Shown here piece by piece: positions 1 to 15,200 of a stretch of 64,000 nucleotides of DNA. Under the pieces are notes generated by a model. It had not been told where the DNA came from and made no database searches. It worked only from the letters and a program-made list of their open reading frames with translations. The translations under genes were made by a program, and so were the position numbers. The stretch spans positions 17,799 to 81,798 of the forward strand of contig CAXHJY010001685.1 in NCBI GenBank assembly GCA_964016885.1, in the 5' to 3' direction. Source of the DNA: Eledone cirrhosa (Eukaryota). The stretch's first letter is position 1. Every line of letters begins with the position of its first letter.

Positions 1-3000
1 CACTACAGTACTAATCTCCATGTTGAGAACACTACAATATTAATCTATATGTTGAGAACACTACAATATTAATCACTATGTTGAGAACACTACAATACTA
101 ATCTATATGTTGAGAACAGTACAATACTAATCTATATGTTGAGAACAGTACACTACTAATCTATATGTTGAGAACACTACAATACTAATCTATATGATGT
201 GAAAACTACAATACTAATCTATATGTTGTGAAAACTACAATAATAATCTATATGTTGAGAACACTACAATACTAATCTATATGTTGTGAAAACTACAATA
301 CTAATCTATATGTTGAGAACACTACAATACTAATCTATATGTTGAGAACACTACAATACTAATCTATATGTTGAGAACAGTACAATACTAATCTATATGT
401 TGAGAACAGTACACTACTAATCTATATGTTGAGAACACTACAATACTAATCTATATGTTAAGAACACTACAATACTAATCTCTATGTTAAGAACACTACA
501 ATACTAATCTATATGTTGAGAACACTACAATACTAATCTATATGTTAAGAACACTACAATACTAATCTATATGTTGAGAACACTACAATACTAATCTATA
601 TGTTGAGAACACTTCAATACTAATCTATATGTTGAGAACACTACAATACTAATCTATATGTTGAGAACACTACAATACTAATCTATATGTTGAGAACACT
701 ACAATACTAATCTATATGTTGAGAACACTACAATACTAATCTATATGTTGAGAACACTACAATATTAATCTCTATGTTGAGAACACTACAATATTAATCT
801 CTATGTTGAGAACTCTACAGTACTATTCTATATTTGAGAACACTACAGTACTAATCTCTATGTTGAGAACACTACAATACTAATCTATATGTTGAGAACA
901 CTACAATAGTAATCTATATGTTGAGAACACTACAGTTCCAATCTATATGTTGAGAACACTACAGTACTAATCTCTATGTTGAGAACACTACAATACTAAT
1001 CTATATGTTGAGAAGTTTACAGTACTAATCTATATGTTGAGAACACTACAATATTAATCTAAATGTTGAGAACACTACACAATTATTCTCCATGTTCAGA
1101 ACACTACAATACTAATCTATATGTTGAGAACACTACAATACTAATCTATATGTTGAGAACACTACAATACTAATCTATATAATGAGAACACTACAATACT
1201 AATCTATATGTTGAGAACACTACAATACTAATCTATATGTTGAGAACACTACAATACTAATCTATATGTTGAGAACACTACAATACTAATCTATATGTTG
1301 AGAACACTACAATACTAATCTATATGTTGAGAACACTACAATAATAATCTATATGTTGAGAACACTACAATACTAATCTATATGTTGAGAACACTACAAT
1401 ACTAATCTATATGTAGAGAACACTACAATACTAATCTATATGTTGAGAACACTACAATACTAATCTATATGTTGAGAACACTACAATAGTAATCCATATG
1501 TTGAGAACACTACAATACTATTCTATATGTTGAGAACACTACAGTACTAATCTCCATGTTGAGAACACTACAATATTAATCTATATGTTGAGAACACTAC
1601 AATATTAATCACTATGTTGAGAACACTACAATACTAATCTATATGTTGAGAACAGTACAATACTAATCTATATGTTGAGAACAGTACACTACTAATCTAT
1701 ATGTTGAGAACACTACAATACTAATCTATATCATGTGAAAACTACAATACTAATCTATATGTTGTGAAAACTACAATAATAATCTATATGTTGAGAACAC
1801 TACAATACTAATCTATATGTTGTGAAATCTACAATACTAATCTATATGTTGAGAACACTACAATACTAATCTATATGTTGAGAACACTACAATACTAATC
1901 TATATGTTGAGAACAGTACAATACTAATCTATATGTTGAGAACAGTACACTACTAATCTATATGTTGAGAACACTACAATACTAATCTATATGTTAAGAA
2001 CACTACAATACTAATCTCTATGTTAAGAACACTACAATACTAATCTATATGTTGAGAACACTACAATACTAATCTATATGTTAAGAACACTACAATACTA
2101 ATCTATATGTTGAGAACACTACAATACTAATCTATATGTTGAGAACACTTCAATACTAATCTATATGTTGAGAACACTACAATACTAATCTATATGTTGA
2201 GAACACTACAATACTAATCTATATGTTGAGAACACTACAATACTAATCTATATGTTGAGAACACTACAATACTAATCTATATGTTGAGAACACTACAATA
2301 TTAATCTCTATGTTGAGAACACTACAATATTAATCTCTATGTTGAGAACTCTACAGTACTATTCTATATTTGAGAACACTACAGTACTAATCTCTATGTT
2401 GAGAACACTACAATACTAATCTATATGTTGAGAACACTACAATAGTAATCTATATGTTGAGAACACTACAGTTCCAATCTATATGTTGAGAACACTACAG
2501 TACTAATCTCTATGTTGAGAACACTACAATACTAATCTATATGTTGAGAACACTACAATACTAATCTATATGTTGAGAAGTTTACAGTACTAATCTATAT
2601 GTTGAGAACACTACAATATTAATCTAAATGTTGAGAACACTACACAATTATTCTCCATGTTCAGAACACTACAATACTAATCTATATGTTGAGAACACTA
2701 CAGTACTAATCTCTATGTCGAGAACACTACAATACTAAGCTATATGTTGAGAACTCTACAGTACTAATCTCTATGTCGAGAACACTACAATACTAATCTA
2801 TATGTTGAGAACACTACAGTACTAATCTCCATGTTGAGAACACTACAATATTAATCTATATGTTGAGAACACTACAATATTAATCACTATGTTGAGAACA
2901 CTACAATACTAATCTATATGTTGAGAACAGTACAATACTAATCTATATGTTGAGAACAGTACACTACTAATCTATATGTTGAGAACACTACAATACTAAT

Positions 3001-6000
3001 CTATATGATGTGAAAACTACAATACTAATCTATATGTTGTGAAAACTACAATAATAATCTATATGTTGAGAACACTACAATACTAATCTATATGTTGTGA
3101 AAACTACAATACTAATCTATATGTTGAGAACACTACAATACTAATCTATATGTTGAGAACACTACAATACTAATCTATATGTTGAGAACAGTACAATACT
3201 AATCTATATGTTGAGAACAGTACACTACTAATCTATATGTTGAGAACACTACAATACTAATCTATATGTTAAGAACACTACAATACTAATCTCTATGTTA
3301 AGAACACTACAATACTAATCTATATGTTGAGAACACTACAATACTAATCTATATGTTAAGAACACTACAATACTAATCTATATGTTGAGAACACTACAAT
3401 ACTAATCTATATGTTGAGAACACTTCAATACTAATCTATATGTTGAGAACACTACAATACTAATCTATATGTTGAGAACACTACAATACTAATCTATATG
3501 TTGAGAACACTACAATACTAATCTATATGTTGAGAACACTACAATACTAATCTATATGTTGAGAACACTACAATATTAATCTCTATGTTGAGAACACTAC
3601 AATATTAATCTCTATGTTGAGAACTCTACAGTACTATTCTATATTTGAGAACACTACAGTACTAATCTCTATGTTGAGAACACTACAATACTAATCTATA
3701 TGTTGAGAACACTACAATAGTAATCTATATGTTGAGAACACTACAGTTCCAATCTATATGTTGAGAACACTACAGTACTAATCTCTATGTTGAGAACACT
3801 ACAATACTAATCTATATGTTGAGAACACTACAATACTAATCTATATGTTGAGAAGTTTACAGTACTAATCTATATGTTGAGAACACTACAATATTAATCT
3901 AAATGTTGAGAACACTACACAATTATTCTCCATGTTCAGAACACTACAATACTAATCTATATGTTGAGAACACTACAATACTAATCTATATGTTGAGAAC
4001 ACTACACTATTAATCTCTATGTTGAGAACAATACAATATTAATCTCTATGTTGAGAACTCTACAGTACTAATCTATATTTGAGAACACTACAGTACTAAT
4101 CTCTATGTTGAGAACACTACAATACTAATCTATATGTTGAGAACACTACAATACTAATCTATATGTTGAGAACACTACAATACTAATCTATATGTAGAGA
4201 ACACTACACTACTAATCTATATGTTGAGAACACTACAATACAAATCTATATGTTGAGAACACTACAATACTAATCTATATGTTGAGAACACTACAATACT
4301 AATCTATATGTTAAGAACACTACAATACTAATCTATATAATGAGAACACTACAATACTAATCTATATGTTGAGAACACTACAATATTAATCTATATGTTG
4401 AGAACACTACAATACTAATCTATATGTTGAGAACACTACAATATTAATCTCTATGTTGAGAACACTTCAATACTAATCTATATGTTGAGAACACTACAAT
4501 ACTAATCCATATGTTCAGAACACTACAATACTAATCTATATGTTGAGGACACTACAATATTAATCTCCATGTTGAGAACACTACAATACTAATCTATATG
4601 TTGAGAACACTACAATACTAATATATATGTTGAGAACACTACAGTACTAATCTATATGTTGCGAACACTACAATACTAATCTATATGTTGAGAACACTAC
4701 AATACTAATCGATATGTTGAGAACACTACAGTACTAATCTATATGTTGCGAACACTACAATACTAATCTATATGTTGAGAACACTACAATACTAATCTAT
4801 ATGTTGAGAACACTACAGTACTAATCTATATGTTGCGAACACTACAATACTAATCTATATGTTGAGAACACTACAATACTAATCGATATGTTGAGAACAC
4901 TAAAGTACTAATCTATATGTTGAGAACACTACAATACTAATCTAAATGTTGAGAACACTACAGTACTAATCTCTATGTCGAGAACACTACAATACTAAGC
5001 TATATGTTGAGAACTCTACAGTACTAATCTCTATGTCGAGAACACTACAATACTAATCTATATGTTGAGAACACTACAGTACTAATCTCCATGTTGAGAA
5101 CACTACAATATTAATCTATATGTTGAGAACACTACAATATTAATCACTATGTTGAGAACACTACAATACTAATCTATATGTTGAGAACAGTACAATACTA
5201 ATCTATATGTTGAGAACAGTACACTACTAATCTATATGTTGAGAACACTACAATACTAATCTATATGATGTGAAAACTACAATACTAATCTATATGTTGT
5301 GAAAACTACAATAATAATCTATATGTTGAGAACACTACAATACTAATCTATATGTTGTGAAAACTACAATACTAATCTATATGTTGAGAACACTACAATA
5401 CTAATCTATATGTTGAGAACACTACAATACTAATCTATATGTTGAGAACAGTACAATACTAATCTATATGTTGAGAACAGTACACTACTAATCTATATGT
5501 TGAGAACACTACAATACTAATCTATATGTTAAGAACACTACAATACTAATCTCTATGTTAAGAACACTACAATACTAATCTATATGTTGAGAACACTACA
5601 ATACTAATCTATATGTTAAGAACACTACAATACTAATCTATATGTTGAGAACACTACAATACTAATCTATATGTTGAGAACACTTCAATACTAATCTATA
5701 TGTTGAGAACACTACAATACTAATCTATATGTTGAGAACACTACAATACTAATCTATATGTTGAGAACACTACAATACTAATCTATATGTTGAGAACACT
5801 ACAATACTAATCTATATGTTGAGAACACTACAATATTAATCTCTATGTTGAGAACACTACAATATTAATCTCTATGTTGAGAACTCTACAGTACTATTCT
5901 ATATTTGAGAACACTACAGTACTAATCTCTATGTTGAGAACACTACAATACTAATCTATATGTTGAGAACACTACAATAGTAATCTATATGTTGAGAACA

Positions 6001-9000
6001 CTACAGTTCCAATCTATATGTTGAGAACACTACAGTACTAATCTCTATGTTGAGAACACTACAATACTAATCTATATGTTGAGAAGTTTACAGTACTAAT
6101 CTATATGTTGAGAACACTACAATATTAATCTAAATGTTGAGAACACTACACAATTATTCTCCATGTTCAGAACACTACAATACTAATCTATATGTTGAGA
6201 ACACTACAATACTAATCTATATGTTGAGAACACTACAATACTAATCTATATAATGAGAACACTACAATACTAATCTATATGTTGAGAACACTACAATACT
6301 AATCTATATGTTGAGAACACTACAATACTAATCTATATGTTGAGAACACTACAATACTAATCTATATGTTGAGAACACTACAATACTAATCTATATGTTG
6401 AGAACACTACAATACTAATCTATATGTTGAGAACACTACGATACTAATCTATATGTTGAGAACACTACAATACTAATCTATATGTAGAGAACACTACAAT
6501 ACTAATCTATATGTTGAGAACACTACAATACTAATCTATATGTTGAGAACACTACAATAGTAATCCATATGTTGAGAACACTACAATACTAATCTATATG
6601 TTGAGAACACTACAGTACTAATCTCCATGTTGAGAACACTACAATATTAATCTATATGTTGAGAACACTACAATATTAATCACTATGTTGAGAACACTAC
6701 AATACTAATCTATATGTTGAGAACAGTACAATACTAATCTATATGTTGAGAACAGTACACTACTAATCTATATGTTGAGAACACTACAATACTAATCTAT
6801 ATGATGTGAAAACTACAATACTAATCTATATGTTGTGAAAACTACAATAATAATCTATATGTTGAGAACACTACAATACTAATCTATATGTTGTGAAATC
6901 TACAATACTAATCTATATGTTGAGAACACTACAATACTAATCTATATGTTGAGAACACTACAATACTAATCTATATGTTGAGAACAGTACAATACTAATC
7001 TATATGTTGAGAACAGTACACTACTAATCTATATGTTGAGAACACTACAATACTAATCTATATGTTAAGAACACTACAATACTAATCTCTATGTTAAGAA
7101 CACTACAATACTAATCTATATGTTGAGAACACTACAATACTAATCTATATGTTAAGAACACTACAATACTAATCTATATGTTGAGAACACTACAATACTA
7201 ATCTATATGTTGAGAACACTTCAATACTAATCTATATGTTGAGAACACTACAATACTAATCTATATGTTGAGAACACTACAATACTAATCTATATGTTGC
7301 GAACACTACAATACTAATCTATATGTTGAGAACACTACAATACTAATCTATATGTTGAGAACACTACAATATTAATCTCTATGTTGAGAACACTACAATA
7401 TTAATCTCTATGTTGAGAACTCTACAGTACTATTCTATATTTGAGAACACTACAGTACTAATCTCTATGTTGAGAACACTACAATACTAATCTATATGTT
7501 GAGAACACTACAATAGTAATCTATATGTTGAGAACACTACAGTTCCAATCTATATGTTGAGAACACTACAGTACTAATCTCTATGTTGAGAACACTACAA
7601 TACTAATCTATATGTTGAGAACACTACAATACTAATCTATATGTTGAGAAGTTTACAGTACTAATCTATATGTTGAGAACACTACAATATTAATCTAAAT
7701 GTTGAGAACACTACACAATTATTCTCCATGTTCAGAACACTACAATACTAATCTATATGTTGAGAACACTACAGTACTAATCTCTATGTCGAGAACACTA
7801 CAATACTAAGCTATATGTTGAGAACTCTACAGTACTAATCTCTATGTCGAGAACACTACAATACTAATCTATATGTTGAGAACACTACAGTACTAATCTC
7901 CATGTTGAGAACACTACAATATTAATCTATATGTTGAGAACACTACAATATTAATCACTATGTTGAGAACACTACAATACTAATCTATATGTTGAGAACA
8001 GTACAATACTAATCTATATGTTGAGAACAGTACACTACTAATCTATATGTTGAGAACACTACAATACTAATCTATATGATGTGAAAACTACAATACTAAT
8101 CTATATGTTGTGAAAACTACAATAATAATCTATATGTTGAGAACACTACAATACTAATCTATATGTTGTGAAAACTACAATACTAATCTATATGTTGAGA
8201 ACACTACAATACTAATCTATATGTTGAGAACACTACAATACTAATCTATATGTTGAGAACAGTACAATACTAATCTATATGTTGAGAACAGTACACTACT
8301 AATCTATATGTTGAGAACACTACAATACTAATCTATATGTTAAGAACACTACAATACTAATCTCTATGTTAAGAACACTACAATACTAATCTATATGTTG
8401 AGAACACTACAATACTAATCTATATGTTAAGAACACTACAATACTAATCTATATGTTGAGAACACTACAATACTAATCTATATGTTGAGAACACTTCAAT
8501 ACTAATCTATATGTTGAGAACACTACAATACTAATCTATATGTTGAGAACACTACAATACTAATCTATATGTTGAGAACACTACAATACTAATCTATATG
8601 TTGAGAACACTACAATACTAATCTATATGTTGAGAACACTACAATATTAATCTCTATGTTGAGAACACTACAATATTAATCTCTATGTTGAGAACTCTAC
8701 AGTACTATTCTATATTTGAGAACACTACAGTACTAATCTCTATGTTGAGAACACTACAATACTAATCTATATGTTGAGAACACTACAATAGTAATCTATA
8801 TGTTGAGAACACTACAGTTCCAATCTATATGTTGAGAACACTACAGTACTAATCTCTATGTTGAGAACACTACAATACTAATCTATATGTTGAGAAGTTT
8901 ACAGTACTAATCTATATGTTGAGAACACTACAATATTAATCTAAATGTTGAGAACACTACACAATTATTCTCCATGTTCAGAACACTACAATACTAATCT

Positions 9001-11830
9001 ATATGTTGAGAACACTACAATACTAATCTATATGTTGAGAACACTACAATACTAATCTATATAATGAGAACACTACAATACTAATCTATATGTTGAGAAC
9101 ACTACAATACTAATCTATATGTTGAGAACACTACAATACTAATCTATATGTTGAGAACACTACAATACTAATCTATATGTTGAGAACACTACAATACTAA
9201 TCTATATGTTGAGAACACTACAATACTAATCTATATGTTGAGAACACTACAATACTAATCTATATGTTGAGAACACTACAATACTAATCTATATGTAGAG
9301 AACACTACAATACTAATCTATATGTTGAGAACACTACAATACTAATCTATATGTTGAGAACACTACAATAGTAATCCATATGTTGAGAACACTACAATAC
9401 TATTCTATATGTTGAGAACACTACAGTACTAATCTCCATGTTGAGAACACTACAATATTAATCTATATGTTGAGAACACTACAATATTAATCACTATGTT
9501 GAGAACACTACAATACTAATCTATATGTTGAGAACAGTACAATACTAATCTATATGTTGAGAACAGTACACTACTAATCTATATGTTGAGAACACTACAA
9601 TACTAATCTATATCATGTGAAAACTACAATACTAATCTATATGTTGTGAAAACTACAATAATAATCTATATGTTGAGAACACTACAATACTAATCTATAT
9701 GTTGTGAAATCTACAATACTAATCTATATGTTGAGAACACTACAATACTAATCTATATGTTGAGAACACTACAATACTAATCTATATGTTGAGAACAGTA
9801 CAATACTAATCTATATGTTGAGAACAGTACACTACTAATCTATATGTTGAGAACACTACAATACTAATCTATATGTTAAGAACACTACAATACTAATCTC
9901 TATGTTAAGAACACTACAATACTAATCTATATGTTGAGAACACTACAATACTAATCTATATGTTAAGAACACTACAATACTAATCTATATGTTGAGAACA
10001 CTACAATACTAATCTATATGTTGAGAACACTTCAATACTAATCTATATGTTGAGAACACTACAATACTAATCTATATGTTGAGAACACTACAATACTAAT
10101 CTATATGTTGAGAACACTACAATACTAATCTATATGTTGAGAACACTACAATACTAATCTATATGTTGAGAACACTACAATATTAATCTCTATGTTGAGA
10201 ACACTACAATATTAATCTCTATGTTGAGAACTCTACAGTACTATTCTATATTTGAGAACACTACAGTACTAATCTCTATGTTGAGAACACTACAATACTA
10301 ATCTATATGTTGAGAACACTACAATAGTAATCTATATGTTGAGAACACTACAGTTCCAATCTATATGTTGAGAACACTACAGTACTAATCTCTATGTTGA
10401 GAACACTACAATACTAATCTATATGTTGAGAACACTACAATACTAATCTATATGTTGAGAAGTTTACAGTACTAATCTATATGTTGAGAACACTACAATA
10501 TTAATCTAAATGTTGAGAACACTACACAATTATTCTCCATGTTCAGAACACTACAATACTAATCTATATGTTGAGAACACTACAGTACTAATCTCTATGT
10601 CGAGAACACTACAATACTAAGCTATATGTTGAGAACTCTACAGTACTAATCTCTATGTCGAGAACACTACAATACTAATCTATATGTTGAGAACACTACA
10701 GTACTAATCTCCATGTTGAGAACACTACAATATTAATCTATATGTTGAGAACACTACAATATTAATCACTATGTTGAGAACACTACAATACTAATCTATA
10801 TGTTGAGAACAGTACAATACTAATCTATATGTTGAGAACAGTACACTACTAATCTATATGTTGAGAACACTACAATACTAATCTATATGATGTGAAAACT
10901 ACAATACTAATCTATATGTTGTGAAAACTACAATAATAATCTATATGTTGAGAACACTACAATACTAATCTATATGTTGTGAAAACTACAATACTAATCT
11001 ATATGTTGAGAACACTACAATACTAATCTATATGTTGAGAACACTACAATACTAATCTATATGTTGAGAACAGTACAATACTAATCTATATGTTGAGAAC
11101 AGTACACTACTAATCTATATGTTGAGAACACTACAATACTAATCTATATGTTAAGAACACTACAATACTAATCTCTATGTTAAGAACACTACAATACTAA
11201 TCTATATGTTGAGAACACTACAATACTAATCTATATGTTAAGAACACTACAATACTAATCTATATGTTGAGAACACTACAATACTAATCTATATGTTGAG
11301 AACACTTCAATACTAATCTATATGTTGAGAACACTACAATACTAATCTATATGTTGAGAACACTACAATACTAATCTATATGTTGAGAACACTACAATAC
11401 TAATCTATATGTTGAGAACACTACAATACTAATCTATATGTTGAGAACACTACAATATTAATCTCTATGTTGAGAACACTACAATATTAATCTCTATGTT
11501 GAGAACTCTACAGTACTATTCTATATTTGAGAACACTACAGTACTAATCTCTATGTTGAGAACACTACAATACTAATCTATATGTTGAGAACACTACAAT
11601 AGTAATCTATATGTTGAGAACACTACAGTTCCAATCTATATGTTGAGAACACTACAGTACTAATCTCTATGTTGAGAACACTACAATACTAATCTATATG
11701 TTGAGAACACTACAATACTAATCTATATGTTGAGAAGTTTACAGTACTAATCTATATGTTGAGAACACTACAATATTAATCTAAATGTTGAGAACACTAC
11801 ACAATTATTCTCCATGTTCAGAACACTACA
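1..11830. repeat. Higher-order repeat zone A: 8 copies of a shared block, mostly spaced 43-54 monomers apart
   Basis: The rare marker GAGAAGTTTACAGT has its G at 1015, 2580, 3855, 6086, 7651, 8897, 10462 and 11737. Spacings are 1565, 1275, 2231, 1565, 1246, 1565 and 1275, each n x 29 minus 1 or 2, matching the 28-bp units. The co-markers CAGTTCCAAT and CACAATTATTCTCCATGTTCAG always accompany it. Confidence 0.9.
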
Positions 11831-12250
11831 ATACTAATCTATATGTTGAGAACACTACAATACTAATCTATATAATGAGAACACTACAATACTAATCTAT
11901 ATGTTGAGAACACTACAATACTAATCTATATGTTGAGAACACTACAATACTAATCTATATGTTGAGAACACTACAATACTAATCTATATGTTGAGAACAC
12001 TACAATACTAATCTATATGTTGAGAACACTACAATACTAATCTATATGTTGAGAACACTACAATACTAATCTATATGTTGAGAACACTACAATACTAATC
12101 TATATGTAGAGAACACTACAATACTAATCTATATGTTGAGAACACTACAATACTAATCTATATGTTGAGAACACTACAATAGTAATCCATATGTTGAGAA
12201 CACTACAATACTAATCTATATGTTGAGAACACTACAATACTAATCTATAT

Positions 12251-15200
12251 GTTGAGAAAACTACAATACTAATCTATATGTTGAGAACACTACAATACTA
12301 ATCTATATGTTGAGAACACTACAATAGTAATCTATATGTTGAGAACACTACAATAGTAATCCATATGTTGAGAACACTACAATACTAATCTATATGTTGA
12401 GAAAAGTACAATAATAATCTATATGTTGAGAACACTACAATACTAATCTATATGTTGAGGACACTACAATATTAATCTCCATGTTGAGAACACTACAATA
12501 CTAATCTATATGTTGAGAACACTACAGTACTAATGTATATGTTGCGAACACTACAATACTAATCTATATGTTGAGAACACTACAATACTAATCGATATGT
12601 TGAGAACACTAAAGTACTAATCTATATGTTGAGAACACTACAATACTAATCTAAATGTTGAGAACACTACAGTACTAATCTCTATGTCGAGAACACTACA
12701 ATACTAAGCTATATGTTGAGAACTCTACAGTACTAATCTATATGTTGAGAACACTACAGTACTAATCTATATGTTGAGAACACTACAATACTAATCTATA
12801 TGTTGAGAACACTTCAATACTAATCTATATGTTGAGAACACTACAATACTAATATATATGTTGAGAACACTACAATACTAATCTATATGTTGACAACACT
12901 ACAATACTAACCTATATGTTGAGAACACTACAATACTAATCTATATGTTGAGAACACTACAATACTAATCTATATGTTGAGAACACTACAATACTAATCT
13001 ATATGTTGAGAACACTACAATACTAATCTATATGTTGAGAACACTACAATACTAATCTATATGTTGAGAACACTACAATACTAATCTATATGTTGAGAAA
13101 ACTACAATACTAATCTATATGTTGAGAACACTACAATACTAATCTATATGTTGAGAACACTACAATACTAATCTATTGTTGAGAACACTACAATACTAAT
13201 CTATATGTTGAGAACACTACAATACTAATCTATATGTTGAGAAAACTACAATACTAATCTATATGTTGAGAACACTACAATACTAATCTATATGTTGAGA
13301 ACACTACAATACTAATCTATATGTTGAGAACACTACAATACTAATCTATATGTTGAGAACACTACAATACTAATCTATATGTTGAGAACACTACAATACT
13401 AATCTATATGTTGAGAACACTACAATACTAATCTATATGTTGAGAACACTACAATACTAATCTATATGTTGAGAACACTACAATACTAATCTATATGTTG
13501 AGAACACTACAGTACTAATCTATATGTTGAGAACACTACAATACTAATCTATATGTTGACAACACTAAAGTACTAATCTATATGTTGAGAACACTACTAT
13601 ACTAATCTATATGTTGAGAACACTACAATACTAATCTATATGTTGAGAACACTACCATATTAATCTATATGTTGAGAACACTACAATACTAATCTATATG
13701 TTGACAACACTAAAGTACTAATCTATATGTTGAGAACACTACAATACTAATCTATATATTGAGAACACTACAGTACTAATCTATATGTTGAGAACACTAC
13801 AGTAATAATCTATAGGTTGAGAACACTACAATACTAATCTATATGTTGAGAATACTACAATACTAATCTATATCTTGAGAACACTACAATACTAATCTAT
13901 ATGTTGAGAACACTACAATACTAATCTATATGTTGAGAACACTACAATACTAATCTATATGTTGAGAACACTACAATACTAATCTATATCTTGAGAACAC
14001 TACAATACTAATCTATATGTTGAGAACACTACAATACTAATCTATATCTTGAGAACACTACAATACTAATCTATATGTTGAGAACACTACAATACTAATC
14101 TATATCTTGAGAACACTACAATACTAATCTATATCTTGAGAACACTACAATACTAATCTATATGTTCAGAATACTACAATACTAATCTATATCTTGAGAA
14201 CACTACAATACTAATCTATATGTTGAGAACACTACAATACTAATCTATATCTTGAGAACACTACAATACTAATCTATATGTTGAGAACACTACAATACTA
14301 ATCTATATGTTGAGAACACTACAATACTAATCTATATCTTGAGAACACTACAATACTAATCTATATGTTGAGAACACTACAATACTAATCAATATCTTGA
14401 GAACACTACAATACTAATCTATATGTTGAGAACACTACAATACTAATCTATATGTTGAGAACACTACACAACTAATCTATATGTTGAGAACACTACAATA
14501 TTAATCACTATGTTGAGAACACTACAATACTAATCTAAATGTCGAGAACACTACAATACTAATCTATATGTTGAGAACACTACAATACTAATCTATATGT
14601 TGAGAACACTACAATACTAATCTATATGTTGAGAACACAACAATACTAATCTATATGTTGAGAACTCTACAATACTAATCTATATGTTGAGAACACTACA
14701 ATACTAATCTATATGTTGAGAACAATACAATACTACTCTATATGTTGAGAACACTACAATACTAATATATATGTTGAGAACACTACAATACTAATCTATA
14801 TGTTGAGAACACAACAATACTAATCTATATGTTGAGAACACTACAGTACTAATCTATATGTTGAGAACACAACAATACTAATCTATATGTTGAGAACACT
14901 ACAATACTAATCTATATGTTGAGAACACTACAATACTAATCTATATGTTGAGAACACTACAATACTAATCTATATGTTGAGGACACTACAATATTAATCT
15001 ATATGTTGAGAACACTACAATACTAATCGATATGTTGAGAACACTAAAGTACTAATCTATATGTTGAGAAAACTACAATACTAATCTATATGTTGAGAAC
15101 ACTACAATACTAATCTATATGTTGAGAACACTACAATAGTAATCTATATGTTGAGAACACTACAATAGTAATCCATATGTTGAGAACACTACAATACTAA

